Assembly: GCA_965140585.1 (NCBI GenBank) | Contig: OZ223269.1 | Span: forward strand, 192,001-256,000 | Length of the DNA stretch: 64,000 bases | Direction of reading: 5' to 3' | Source: Spirochaetia bacterium | Lineage (GTDB): Bacteria > Spirochaetota > Spirochaetia > UBA9216 | Part shown: piece by piece, positions 36,934 through 46,059 of the stretch | Numbering within the stretch: the first letter of the stretch is position 1 | How the letters are laid out: the number at the start of each line of letters is the position of its first letter | Position numbers and translations under genes: made by a program | Notes under the pieces: generated by a model | The model's input: only the letters and a program-made list of their open reading frames with translations | What the model was told of the DNA's origin: nothing | The model's database searches: none

Positions 36934-39669
36934 TTGCTTTCAATTTTTAAATACAGATTTTGGGATGGTAAAGTGGATTATAAAGTCATTGTTGCAATTC
37001 TGATAGTAATAGCTCTTTCTTTCATATCACTTTTCGGAGGCTTTGACAGACTTGAAAATCGTCTGTATGACACACTTCTGAAGATTAAGAGCGAAATTCC
37101 GGAAGATGACAGGATTTTACTTGTCGATATTGACGACACATCCATAGAGAAGGTCGGTGTCTGGCCCTGGAGCAGGGATATTGTAGCAGACGGGCTTATT
37201 ACCATGAAGGAGCTCGGTTCAGGTACTGCCGTTTTTGATATTGAGTATATTCAGAAAAGTCCTGTAGCCGTCGATCCTGACTATCTTAACAGTGAACTCC
37301 CGGCTTTATTTGATGAGAATTTTGAAATAATAAACGGTAATATTATAGAATTATTTGCAGCTGTTGCTGAGGGCTCCCTCTCTATTGAAGATGCTTCAGA
37401 CTATATATTGGAACTGACCGATCTTAACGATCAGACCAGAGACATGCTTCTTGAAAGAGTCCAGCATATTACAAAAGACAATGATGAATACTTTGCACAG
37501 GCTTCAAGGCTGTATGGTGATGTTTACTTCACTGTTAATATGCAGATGCTCGATGAAGTTAAAATAAGCGAATCCTTCAGAAAATGGATTATGGAAAATA
37601 TCCCCTATAATGATATTTCGGTAGAGACGGAAAATATAAAGAAATCTGTAAGTATTGATCCGGCTCTAGAACTGCTGTATCAGAATTCTATGGGGGCAGG
37701 ATTCCCGAATATTATAATTGACCCTGACGGTGTGAGACGCCGGATCGATACCTTTATTGAATACGACGGGAAATATTTTCCACAGCTTGTGATGACTCCC
37801 TTCCTTGACTGGCTGGGTCGACCGCATGTGGAGCTGACTGACAAGGAAATTGTATTAAAGGATGCGGAAATTCCCGGTACCAAGGTAAAAAAGGATATTA
37901 CTATTCCCAGAGCCGAAGACGGCACAGTTCTTATTAATTGGCCTGCAAAGGAGTACCTGGACAGTTTCAGGCATCTTTCATTCTACTATCTGGTTCTGCA
38001 TGACTGGCAGGAAGCTGATCTGATAAAAAATCTGAAACTGCTGGAAGATGACCAGTATTTTTATTATTACAATGGCGATCCTGATATTTTTGCGGGATAT
38101 GAATATGCGCAGTCAATTCGCACTGAACTCCTCAACGGCGGCGATCTTGATTACTTTGCTGATTACCGTGATTCAAGGGAGTACTTCTTCTCCGAGGTTG
38201 ATAAATTTCTGAACGGCGATACTGAGGCCGTTATTTCAGCTCAAATAGAAGATATCCTGGCTACGGAAGGACTCTCCGAGGATGAAACAGCAGAATATAC
38301 TGCAATCGCGCAACAGGTTAAGACAAATTTCGGGCAGGTACGTGCCATTTACGAAGATTATATGAAGACCAGGGATATTATCAAAAGCCGTGTGGACGGG
38401 TCCTTTTGTATAATAGGTTCTTCTGCCACTTCGACATTTGATCGCGGAGTTAATCCTTTTTCAAAGGAATATGCGAACGTAGGTACGCATGCATCATTGA
38501 TGAACATGATTATTCAGGATTCATTTCTTGATGATGCCCCGGAATGGATTTCAATAGCAATAGCAGTTCTGTTCTCATTGATGCTGATCCTCATAATCAG
38601 AAAGCTGGATGCCAGACCGTCGATCATATGGGGCATCGTAACTATCCTCATAATCGCAGGTGCTGAGGTTGCTATTTTTCTCCTTCTGGGAGTCTATATA
38701 CACCTGCTAGCCCCGGTTCTTTCTGTTTTCGGAATCTTTCTATTTATGAGCTTTATGAAATTTGTTGAAACTGCAAAAGAAAAAAGCTACATTCGAAATG
38801 CCTTTGGTCATTACCTGGCCCCTGCTGTTATTGAAAACCTTATAAAGGACCGTGATGATCTGCAACTTGGCGGCGTTGAAAAACATATGACAGCCATGTT
38901 CACCGATATAAAGGGTTTCTCTACTTTTTCAGAAAATATGGCGCCCGGTGAGCTTGTAAATCTGCTTAATAAGTATCTTACCGCAATGAGCAATATAATA
39001 ATGGAGCAGGGCGGTACCATAGACAAATATGAGGGTGATGCAATTATTGCCTTCTTTGGAGCACCTGTTGATTTCTCCGATCATGCGGTCAGGGCATGCC
39101 GTGCCGCAGTAAGGATGAAGAAAGAAGAAGAAATTCTTAACAGTAAGCTCAGGGAAGAAGGTTTGATTGATACAGATATGCTGACAAGAATAGGTGTCAA
39201 TACAGGCAATATGGTTGTCGGAAATATGGGTACTGCAAAAAAAATGGATTACACAATAATGGGTAATTCAGTTAACCTTGCGGCCAGGCTTGAAGGTGTT
39301 AATAAACAGTATGACTGCTGGAAGCTTATTAGTGCTTCAACTGCAGAGGAAATAGGTGATGAATTCCTTCTTCGTAAACTTGACCGGGTGCGTGTCGTCG
39401 GCATAAATGAACCTGTGAGACTCTATGAACTTATTGATGAAGCGGAATATGCGGATGATAAAATGATTGAAGCCGTGGATCTCTTTCACAAAGGCCTTTT
39501 CCATTTTGAAAACAAGGACTGGCAGGATGCTCTTGAGCTGTTTAGAAATGTTACAGAGCTTATACCGGATGACGGCCCTTCTGGAATTTATATCAAGCGC
39601 TGTATTGATCATCAGAGAAAGGCTCCCCCTGCAAACTGGGATGGTGTTTTTAATCTGAAAACCAAGTAG
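36934..39669 (+). CDS. CHASE2-domain class III adenylate cyclase
   Basis: ILLVDIDD.SI..VGVWPWSR and DPDGVRR CHASE2 motifs; 3 TM helices; FTDIKGF, DKYEGDA, DYTIMGNSVNLAARLEG; C-terminal TPR-like tail. Confidence 0.94.
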   Translation: MLSIFKYRFWDGKVDYKVIVAILIVIALSFISLFGGFDRLENRLYDTLLKIKSEIPEDDRILLVDIDDTSIEKVGVWPWSRDIVADGLITMKELGSGTAVFDIEYIQKSPVAVDPDYLNSELPALFDENFEIINGNIIELFAAVAEGSLSIEDASDYILELTDLNDQTRDMLLERVQHITKDNDEYFAQASRLYGDVYFTVNMQMLDEVKISESFRKWIMENIPYNDISVETENIKKSVSIDPALELLYQNSMGAGFPNIIIDPDGVRRRIDTFIEYDGKYFPQLVMTPFLDWLGRPHVELTDKEIVLKDAEIPGTKVKKDITIPRAEDGTVLINWPAKEYLDSFRHLSFYYLVLHDWQEADLIKNLKLLEDDQYFYYYNGDPDIFAGYEYAQSIRTELLNGGDLDYFADYRDSREYFFSEVDKFLNGDTEAVISAQIEDILATEGLSEDETAEYTAIAQQVKTNFGQVRAIYEDYMKTRDIIKSRVDGSFCIIGSSATSTFDRGVNPFSKEYANVGTHASLMNMIIQDSFLDDAPEWISIAIAVLFSLMLILIIRKLDARPSIIWGIVTILIIAGAEVAIFLLLGVYIHLLAPVLSVFGIFLFMSFMKFVETAKEKSYIRNAFGHYLAPAVIENLIKDRDDLQLGGVEKHMTAMFTDIKGFSTFSENMAPGELVNLLNKYLTAMSNIIMEQGGTIDKYEGDAIIAFFGAPVDFSDHAVRACRAAVRMKKEEEILNSKLREEGLIDTDMLTRIGVNTGNMVVGNMGTAKKMDYTIMGNSVNLAARLEGVNKQYDCWKLISASTAEEIGDEFLLRKLDRVRVVGINEPVRLYELIDEAEYADDKMIEAVDLFHKGLFHFENKDWQDALELFRNVTELIPDDGPSGIYIKRCIDHQRKAPPANWDGVFNLKTK

Positions 39670-39929
39670 ATTCGTAGTTAGGCGGATCTACAAATTTGTA
39701 AGTATAATAGTTAATTTTGATACCACATAAAACCCCGAATACCTGTTATAGTATTGGTGAAGTTAACCAATTAGACAGACTATATCTAAATTATTTTTGA
39801 AGCTACACCCTCTTATGAGGATAGTTATAAAATTTATTTTCTTTATCATGTTGTCTAAGTTATGAAAATGTAATATACGATTACGTAAAATATATACAGA
39901 CGGCAATATAGTATTAAGGAGTGATTTAA

Positions 39930-40925
39930 ATGATTAAAGCCAATTATGAATCAGATTGGAACAAAAGAAAAGAAATTCCACATGAAGAACTCTATACAAT
40001 TCCTCATGTAACTTTCGAAGAGTACTCAGAGAAGCTGAAAAATTGTCTGAAAATGACAAGAAAGAACGGAATCCTTGAGGCAAGAATGCACACACACGGC
40101 GGACCTGTACAGTGGAGTGCCGAGCTTCATCAGGGCCTTCATTACTTTTTTGACTGGGCAGGTAGAGATCCCGACAATGAGGTAATTATTCTTGGTGGTA
40201 TCGGACCTGATACTTTCAAGGGAATCGGTAGAATCAACAGGGAAACCGGCGAGTGGATGCCCTGTCGTGAATACGGTTCTGAACCAGACGAATCATGGAA
40301 GATGTACGACTACCAGTACTACGATGGAACAAATGACATCGAAGGACAAATTTTTGACCTTGAAGTTCCAACTATTGGTGTCTGGACTGGTGCTTCCTAC
40401 CATACTGACCTCGTTCTTTTCAGCGACATCACACTCGCTACAAAGGATGCATGGACAACTGAAATGCACTTCAGAACAAACATGGTTCCCGGTGACGGTA
40501 TCCAGATTGCATGGAGAGAGCTGATGGGAAGAAAGAGATTTGCTTATGCAGAGCTCACTGGTCAGATCATCACAGCAAAAATGGCTCTTGAATATGGTAT
40601 GATTAACGAAATCTGTGAAGATGTTGATGCTGCATACAAGAGAGCATGGGAAATTGCTGAACTTATCATGCATGCTGCAGGTAGAACAACAAGAAGAATT
40701 ACAACTCAGATTCTCAGAAAGCCATGGAAAGAAGACATTGCAAATGAACTTAGAGCTAGCTTTGCTTCTGAAATGTGGGTTACTGCAACTGACCATTCAC
40801 CGCATGAGGCAAAATACTGGGACGATGCTCATGAAGAAGCAAGACTCGTTCTGGCTGCAGAAAAAGAGGGTAAGGTTGTTAGACCAAAAATCGGCGGTGG
40901 AGAATTCGAAGTCGCTATCAAATAA
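39930..40925 (+). CDS. Crotonase-superfamily protein, 6-oxocamphor hydrolase (beta-diketone hydrolase)-like
   Basis: FEEYSEK, MHT.GG...W...H, D.DNEVIIL.G.G, EVPTI, HF...VPGDG...W, LTGQ...A..ALEYG.INE, RAWE.A. Confidence 0.85.
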   Translation: MIKANYESDWNKRKEIPHEELYTIPHVTFEEYSEKLKNCLKMTRKNGILEARMHTHGGPVQWSAELHQGLHYFFDWAGRDPDNEVIILGGIGPDTFKGIGRINRETGEWMPCREYGSEPDESWKMYDYQYYDGTNDIEGQIFDLEVPTIGVWTGASYHTDLVLFSDITLATKDAWTTEMHFRTNMVPGDGIQIAWRELMGRKRFAYAELTGQIITAKMALEYGMINEICEDVDAAYKRAWEIAELIMHAAGRTTRRITTQILRKPWKEDIANELRASFASEMWVTATDHSPHEAKYWDDAHEEARLVLAAEKEGKVVRPKIGGGEFEVAIK

Positions 40926-40945
40926 TCATTTATTTATGATTATTC

Positions 40946-40978
40946 AGACCGTCAGTCCAATGGGCTGGCGGTTTTTTT
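40946..40978 (+). terminator. Intrinsic terminator
   Basis: AGACCGTCAGTCC-aat-GGGCTGGCGGTTT followed by a T run. Confidence 0.85.
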
Positions 40979-41030
40979 ATACACAGATATGATAATTGCT
41001 AATCATTTAGGTTAAAAAACAGAAATTGAC

Positions 41031-41102
41031 AAAAAAAGGCTGCCCGGGTAACACCCGAACAGCCGGGAAAATCCTGAAAGAGGAGAATCAGAATTTTCCT
41101 TA
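41031..41102 (-). ncRNA. Candidate ~70-nt sRNA: hairpin with UUCUCCUCUU loop plus intrinsic terminator
   Basis: Own promoter; 12-bp stem 41066-41099; terminator 41031-41064; G-U pairs form only on the minus strand; no ORF. Confidence 0.65.
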
Positions 41103-41107
41103 TTAAG

Positions 41108-41136
41108 ATTATATAACCTAGGACACTGCACTGCAA
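41108..41136 (-). promoter_or_regulatory. Sigma70-like promoter of the candidate sRNA
   Basis: TTGCAG-17-TATAAT on the minus strand. Confidence 0.65.
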
Positions 41137-41222
41137 TACACTAAATGTTCAAAATAAATTGAAATATCTTTTGTTGATTATAAAAAATATACTCAGTATA
41201 TTGATAGAATAGGAGTATCGTT

Positions 41223-41585
41223 TTGCTTATACCTGCAATTATTTCAATTACTCTGGCTCTGGTCTTTTATACGATCGGAGTATGGGGTGAAAAACTTTCG
41301 GGCGGTCTTAAGGTTTGGAACTTATCAATGTTCTGGGCCGGGCTTGTTTTTGATACTGCCGGAACAGCAGCCATGTCTGCCGTTGCAGGTGCGATAAGCC
41401 TTAATCTGCATGCTTTAACCGGTTTAATAGCAATAATACTTATGATTTTTCATGCCTTATGGGCTACTGTTGTTATCATCAAAAAAAATGAAAAAATGAA
41501 GAAAACCTTTCACCGATTCAGTATTATTGTCTGGATAATCTGGCTGATACCTTATATTTCCGGCGCTATGCTTAATATGGGGTGA
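41223..41585 (+). CDS. Small 4-TM membrane protein (TIGR03987/HsmA-like)
   Basis: ALVFYTIGVW.EK, FWAGLVFDTAGT..M, H..TG..AI.LM.FHA.WA, FH.FS..VW..WLIPY. Confidence 0.8.
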   Translation: MLIPAIISITLALVFYTIGVWGEKLSGGLKVWNLSMFWAGLVFDTAGTAAMSAVAGAISLNLHALTGLIAIILMIFHALWATVVIIKKNEKMKKTFHRFSIIVWIIWLIPYISGAMLNMG

Positions 41586-41665
41586 ATATTCGGGATTTTT
41601 AATTGTACTATGTAATATCAGGTAATCTGATAAAATAAATAATTTATAAATTACAGGAGATTTAG

Positions 41666-42274
41666 ATGGCAGGAAAGGGCATGAAATGGCTTATCCCGGT
41701 AGGTATTATCGTAGTAATAGTGCTTATCATCTATGGTTCATTTGCCGGAACCTATAACAAGATGGTAGCTCTTGATGAGGGTGTCAAATCAAGCTGGAGT
41801 CAGGTTGAAAACGTTTACCAGAGAAGATTTGATCTGATTCCCAATCTGGTAGAAACAGTTAAGGGCTATGCTGCGCAGGAAAAAGATACGCTTACTGCAG
41901 TTACAGAGGCAAGATCAAGAGCAGGCGGAGTTATGAATATATCCGATGAAGTCCTGAATGACCCTGAATCATTTGAGCGCTTTCAGCAGGCCCAGGGGGA
42001 ACTCAGCGGAGCTCTTCAAAGACTGCTTGTTGTAACTGAAAATTATCCTGAATTAAAGTCCAACCAGAACTTTCTGGCACTGCAGGATCAGCTTGAAGGA
42101 ACTGAAAACCGTATAGCTGTGGAGCGCCAGCGATTTAATGAGCAGGTTAAAACCTATAATACATACATCAAGCAATTTCCCAGAATGATAATCGCAAACC
42201 TTTCAGGTTTCAGGGAAAAACCGTATTTTGAAGCTTCAAGCGGCGCTGAGACTGCTCCGAAAGTTGAATTTTAG
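41666..42274 (+). CDS. lemA: LemA family protein
   Basis: WSQVENVYQRRFDLIPNLVETVKGYA, ENYPELKSN, LEGTENRIAVER. Confidence 0.95.
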   Translation: MAGKGMKWLIPVGIIVVIVLIIYGSFAGTYNKMVALDEGVKSSWSQVENVYQRRFDLIPNLVETVKGYAAQEKDTLTAVTEARSRAGGVMNISDEVLNDPESFERFQQAQGELSGALQRLLVVTENYPELKSNQNFLALQDQLEGTENRIAVERQRFNEQVKTYNTYIKQFPRMIIANLSGFREKPYFEASSGAETAPKVEF

Positions 42275-42283
42275 GAAGGTTTC

Positions 42284-42958
42284 ATGAAATCATTCAGATT
42301 CACAGAAGATGAAATCAAAAAGTTAAATGTAGCTGCAGCTTCGGTGGAGAAGAAGAGTTCAGGTGAAGTTGTAACTGCTGTGATAAGGGAGAGCTCCGAT
42401 TATAATTATTATGAGCTTATGTTCTCACTTATTGTCGGGGCTGTTTACTTTATTGTAATGCTGCTTCTTTATAAACCTGTAAGCACCTGGATAAACGGAT
42501 TCACCTGGAATCCGCAGATGTGGTGGATACCGCTTTTTTATGGACTCAGCACCGCAGCTGTTGTAAGTATTTGCTACTTTCTTGCGAATATTCCAGGTTT
42601 TGACAGAATAATAGTTCCTTCAGCAGTGATAAGCAAAAAGGTTCACAGACGGGCACTGGCTTGTTTTTCCGAATCAGGAATTCGTATGACTGCTGACCGA
42701 ACCGGAATTTTATTTTATCTCTCACTGAGAGAAAGACGACTTGAGATTCTTGCTGACAGCGGCATTTCCGGAAAGGTAGACCCCTGTTTCTGGGATACAG
42801 TTCTAAAGGAAGTTGTATCAGAAATAAAGGCAGGAAAAGCTGCAGCAGGGCTTGAAAAGGCCATATATAAATGCGGTGAAGAGCTTGAGAAACATTTTCC
42901 TGTTCAAAAAGATGATATAAATGAACTTCCCGACGGCATAATTTTCCTGGAGGATTGA
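42284..42958 (+). CDS. TPM-domain membrane protein
   Basis: EKKSSGEVV, TADRTGILFYLS..ERR.EILADSGI, DINELPD. Confidence 0.88.
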   Translation: MKSFRFTEDEIKKLNVAAASVEKKSSGEVVTAVIRESSDYNYYELMFSLIVGAVYFIVMLLLYKPVSTWINGFTWNPQMWWIPLFYGLSTAAVVSICYFLANIPGFDRIIVPSAVISKKVHRRALACFSESGIRMTADRTGILFYLSLRERRLEILADSGISGKVDPCFWDTVLKEVVSEIKAGKAAAGLEKAIYKCGEELEKHFPVQKDDINELPDGIIFLED

Positions 42959-42961
42959 CGT

Positions 42962-43780
42962 ATGAGCATAAAAAATAAAATTAGAACAATCCTTGCGGTC
43001 TGTTTGCTTCTTCTTATTACGGGCCCGGTACTATTCGGTTTGAGCATTCCTAAGCTTGACGGTCCGGTTGTAGATGATGCAGGAGTCCTCTCTCGTTCGC
43101 AGGAAACTGAAATAGAGAAGATTATTGTTGATCTGGAAAGTTCCACTTCTGCACAGGTTGCACTTTTGACAGTTAAAAGTCTGGAAGGCAACTCTATAGA
43201 AGAGTATTCTCTTAAAGTTGCTGAAACCTGGAAGCTGGGGCAGGCCGACAGGGATAATGGTCTTCTAATTCTTCTGTCTACCGGGGAAAAGAAGGTCAGG
43301 ATTGAGGTTGGATATGGTCTTGAAGGTGTTATGACTGATGCAAAATCAGGTTATATAATCCGTGAAGTGATGCTTCCTTATTTTAGAAACGGTGATTATG
43401 CCGGAGGCTTATACGCTGCCGTTAGTACAGTAAGTGGTGTGATTACACAGACTTCCGACATTTCAGAAGAAGAACTGGCAAAATACCGTAAAACCCAGAG
43501 TTCGTCATCGAGCCGCGGAGGCGGTATTCCCTTCGGATTTATTGTATTCATTATTTTTATAATCCTGTCCACTATAGGAAGAGGCGGCAGAGGTGGCCGA
43601 AGAGGACGGCGCGGAAGTATTTGGTCGGCACTTTTCTGGGGTTCCATGCTCGGGTCATCAGGACGCTCCCATCGGGGAGGTTTTGGAGGCAGCAGCGGCT
43701 TCGGCGGAGGCGGCGGTTTCGGAGGATTTTCCGGAGGTGGAGGAGGCTTTGGCGGAGGCGGTGCTTCCGGCGGCTGGTAA
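42962..43780 (+). CDS. TPM-domain (YgcG-like) protein with Gly-rich tail
   Basis: VVDDAGVL, WKLGQ..RDNG, RIEVGYGLEG, GGGGGFGGGGASGGW. Confidence 0.93.
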   Translation: MSIKNKIRTILAVCLLLLITGPVLFGLSIPKLDGPVVDDAGVLSRSQETEIEKIIVDLESSTSAQVALLTVKSLEGNSIEEYSLKVAETWKLGQADRDNGLLILLSTGEKKVRIEVGYGLEGVMTDAKSGYIIREVMLPYFRNGDYAGGLYAAVSTVSGVITQTSDISEEELAKYRKTQSSSSSRGGGIPFGFIVFIIFIILSTIGRGGRGGRRGRRGSIWSALFWGSMLGSSGRSHRGGFGGSSGFGGGGGFGGFSGGGGGFGGGGASGGW

Positions 43781-43787
43781 TGATATT

Positions 43788-43823
43788 AGGGGACTGACTT
43801 ACTTTAAGTCGGTCCTTTTTTTT
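43788..43823 (+). terminator. Intrinsic terminator
   Basis: GGACTGACTTA/TAAGTCGGTCC stem followed by a T run. Confidence 0.8.
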
Positions 43824-43876
43824 GCAATTTCATTTTATTGACAGGAGATTCTTATTAAAATAAATTAAACTAATTA

Positions 43877-44340
43877 AGCGGTACTTATATTGCTGATATT
43901 AGTGATAAAATCCTTAATATCACTGATGGAAACAAGAATACTGCTTGAACCAAAGCTGCAGAACTGGCAGCAGAAAGAATTACCGATAAGGAACTTGATT
44001 CGATAATAAGTGCGGATAGAATTTTTAGTTCACACGTATTAGAAACTGCCATATCCGTTGAGTATGATTTTTTTCCACCTTGAAATTGTAGGAATCTCTA
44101 AGAGTCCAGTCCTGATCTCACTTTCTTCCTTATATAACAAGGCAACTGATAGAGTTGTGGAAGAGTTACGGCGATGATAACCCGGTTTCATCAGCATCGA
44201 GAATAGAATCAACCGTTTTAAGACATCAGCAGATTATTAACTGCCTCGCAGAAAAAAACAGCGGAAAAGCAGGTGTTGTGATGAAGCAGCATCTTGACGG
44301 CAGTATGAAGTATATAAGTCATTTAATTATAAGAGGAGAA
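43877..44340 (+). pseudogene. GntR/FadR-family regulator remnant
   Basis: Fragments SGTYIAD, METRILLEP / AAELAAERITDKEL, FHLEIVGISKSPVL and HQQIINCL...MKQHL lie in different frames; the HTH is deleted. Confidence 0.7.
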
Positions 44341-44343
44341 GTT

Positions 44344-45166
44344 ATGAGTGTTATTGAGGAAATGTTAGGGTATAAGGGCCGGATTGTTGCTATCACAGGC
44401 GGAGCAGGTGTAATTTCCGGTTTTATGGCTGAAGGTTTTCTGCAGGCCGGTGCAAATGTATTATTGTGTGGCCGTAATATTATTAACCTTACAACCGCCT
44501 CTTAAAAAATTAAAGAGCGGAATCCTGATGCCCAGGAGAAGTTATCTATAATTAAGGCTGATTGTAATGTAAAAGATGAAATCTATGCAGTCTTATAGTT
44601 CAGTCTGTGAAAAAAATCCTGCTCCTGATTTACTGATAAACGGTGCAAGAGGAAACAGGGAAAAGTGTGTTTTTAATAAACAGGATATAAAGCTCTTTAT
44701 GGAGATTGTGGAGATGAATCTGATAGGAGGTATGGTTCTGCCGGTACAGGTTTTTACTTCTGAGTGGATAAAGCAGGGAATAAAGGGCAGTATTATCAAC
44801 ATTTCTTCATTGACGGCATACAAGGGATTATCAGGTACATGGACGCATAATGCTGCAAAGTCTGCTGTTGTGAATCTAACTCAGGGACTGGCCAAAGAAT
44901 TTGCAGAGAGAGGCATACGTGTTAATTTAATTTCATCGGGATTTTTTGTGGGTAAACAGAATCATGATCTTCTTATTAAGCAGGACAGTTCTCTCTTGCT
45001 GACAGATAGGGTCCGAATGATTATTGAGAGAACCCCTATGGGCAGATTTGGAGACTTTGATGAGCTGAAGGGAACGGTTCTTTTCCTGGGAAGCAATAAG
45101 GCTTCCGGGTTTGTTACAGGTAACGATATACCCGTGGACGGCGGTTTTTTATCGGATAATATTTAG
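44344..45166 (+). pseudogene. SDR oxidoreductase pseudogene (mannonate/gluconate dehydrogenase-like)
   Basis: ITGGAGVI start; in-frame TAA at 44503; frameshift near 44590; catalytic YxxxK reads HNAAK; TPMGRFG, VDGGF. Confidence 0.82.
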
Positions 45167-45177
45167 GAAAGCAGGCT

Positions 45178-45960
45178 GTGTTAAAAATAAAATTTGAATT
45201 GCTGAAACGCTATATTTCAAAAAACTTTCAGGCTTACGGACTTTCAGAGGAAGACGCTGAAATCACTGCTGACGTTCTTATTACAGCTGGTAAGCGTAGG
45301 AATACCTTCTCACAGTATTGCGAGGTTCTGGCGCTATCTTAACGGCATTGAGGGGGAATTATGCTTCCTTCGTCAATACCTGAGGTTGTACGGGAAACTT
45401 CCGCTTCGATTGTGTACGACGCTAAAGGTGCGCTCGGAGCTCCTGTAAGCTTTTAGGCAATGGAAACCGTTATCAGAAAGGCGGCTTCCTGCGGAACTGC
45501 CTTTACTTCTGTTAAAGATTCAAATCATTTCGGGATAGCCGAATATTACGCAATTATGGCGCTGTAGCATGATATGATTGGGATCTGCATGACAAATACA
45601 GCCGCACTTGGTGTTCCGACATTTGGCAGGGATGTGATGTACGGTACCAATCCGATATCTATTGCAGTATCAGCGGATGAGGAAACATCAACCAGAGTTG
45701 CTCATTTTTTCGGGGCAATGCGTATTGATATGTTCAGGGATATAGAAGCCTTTAAAAAGTATATGGACTGTATGCTAAGGGAATTGCGGATTGCACGGCC
45801 GGCTGAAGGAGCTGACAGAGTATATTATGCGGGCTTAAAAGAAAAGCTGAATGAGATTGAATCAATGAAATCAGGAATCAGTTTATATAAGAAGGTTTGG
45901 GCTTCGGTGACAGTCTTTGGTGAGAAAAAAAGGATTCCTATTCCCCAATTTTTGAGCTGA
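45178..45960 (+). pseudogene. Ldh_2-family (malate/L-lactate-type) dehydrogenase pseudogene
   Basis: GIPSH, SNHFGIA, GICMTNT and GTNPI motifs, interrupted by frameshifts, two TAG stops and an apparent internal deletion. Confidence 0.82.
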
Positions 45961-45989
45961 TTTTATAATTTGATATTATGGTTTGTGAT

Positions 45990-46042
45990 AAAAAAAGGCT
46001 GTCCAACATCAGTTTTTACCTGATTATCGGACAGCCTTTTTT
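45990..46042. terminator. Bidirectional terminator
   Basis: A7-GGCTGTCC...GGACAGCC-T6. Confidence 0.85.
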
Positions 46043-46059
46043 GTTTCGTAAACAGTTAA

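Noticed and set aside
39801-39813. AGCTACACCCTCT resembles part of the B. subtilis preQ1 riboswitch as I recall it
   Set aside because: The 5' stem strand and A-rich tail are absent and no queuosine gene follows; treated as coincidence.
41066-41099. Plus-strand reading as a GGA-loop CsrA-binding RNA
   Set aside because: The stems have C-A mismatches on plus, and the U tract and promoter are on minus.
43670-43780. GGCGGA-type tandem repeats
   Set aside because: They encode the normal Gly-rich tail of TPM/YgcG proteins.
44155-44505. 116-aa ORF that looks like a regulator-dehydrogenase fusion
   Set aside because: It is an artefact of pseudogene decay joining the GntR tail in frame to the SDR start.
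31977-46042. Similar ATCAG...TGATT inner loops in two terminators (31977 and 45990) as a REP-like family
   Set aside because: Only two copies with different stems; too little evidence.
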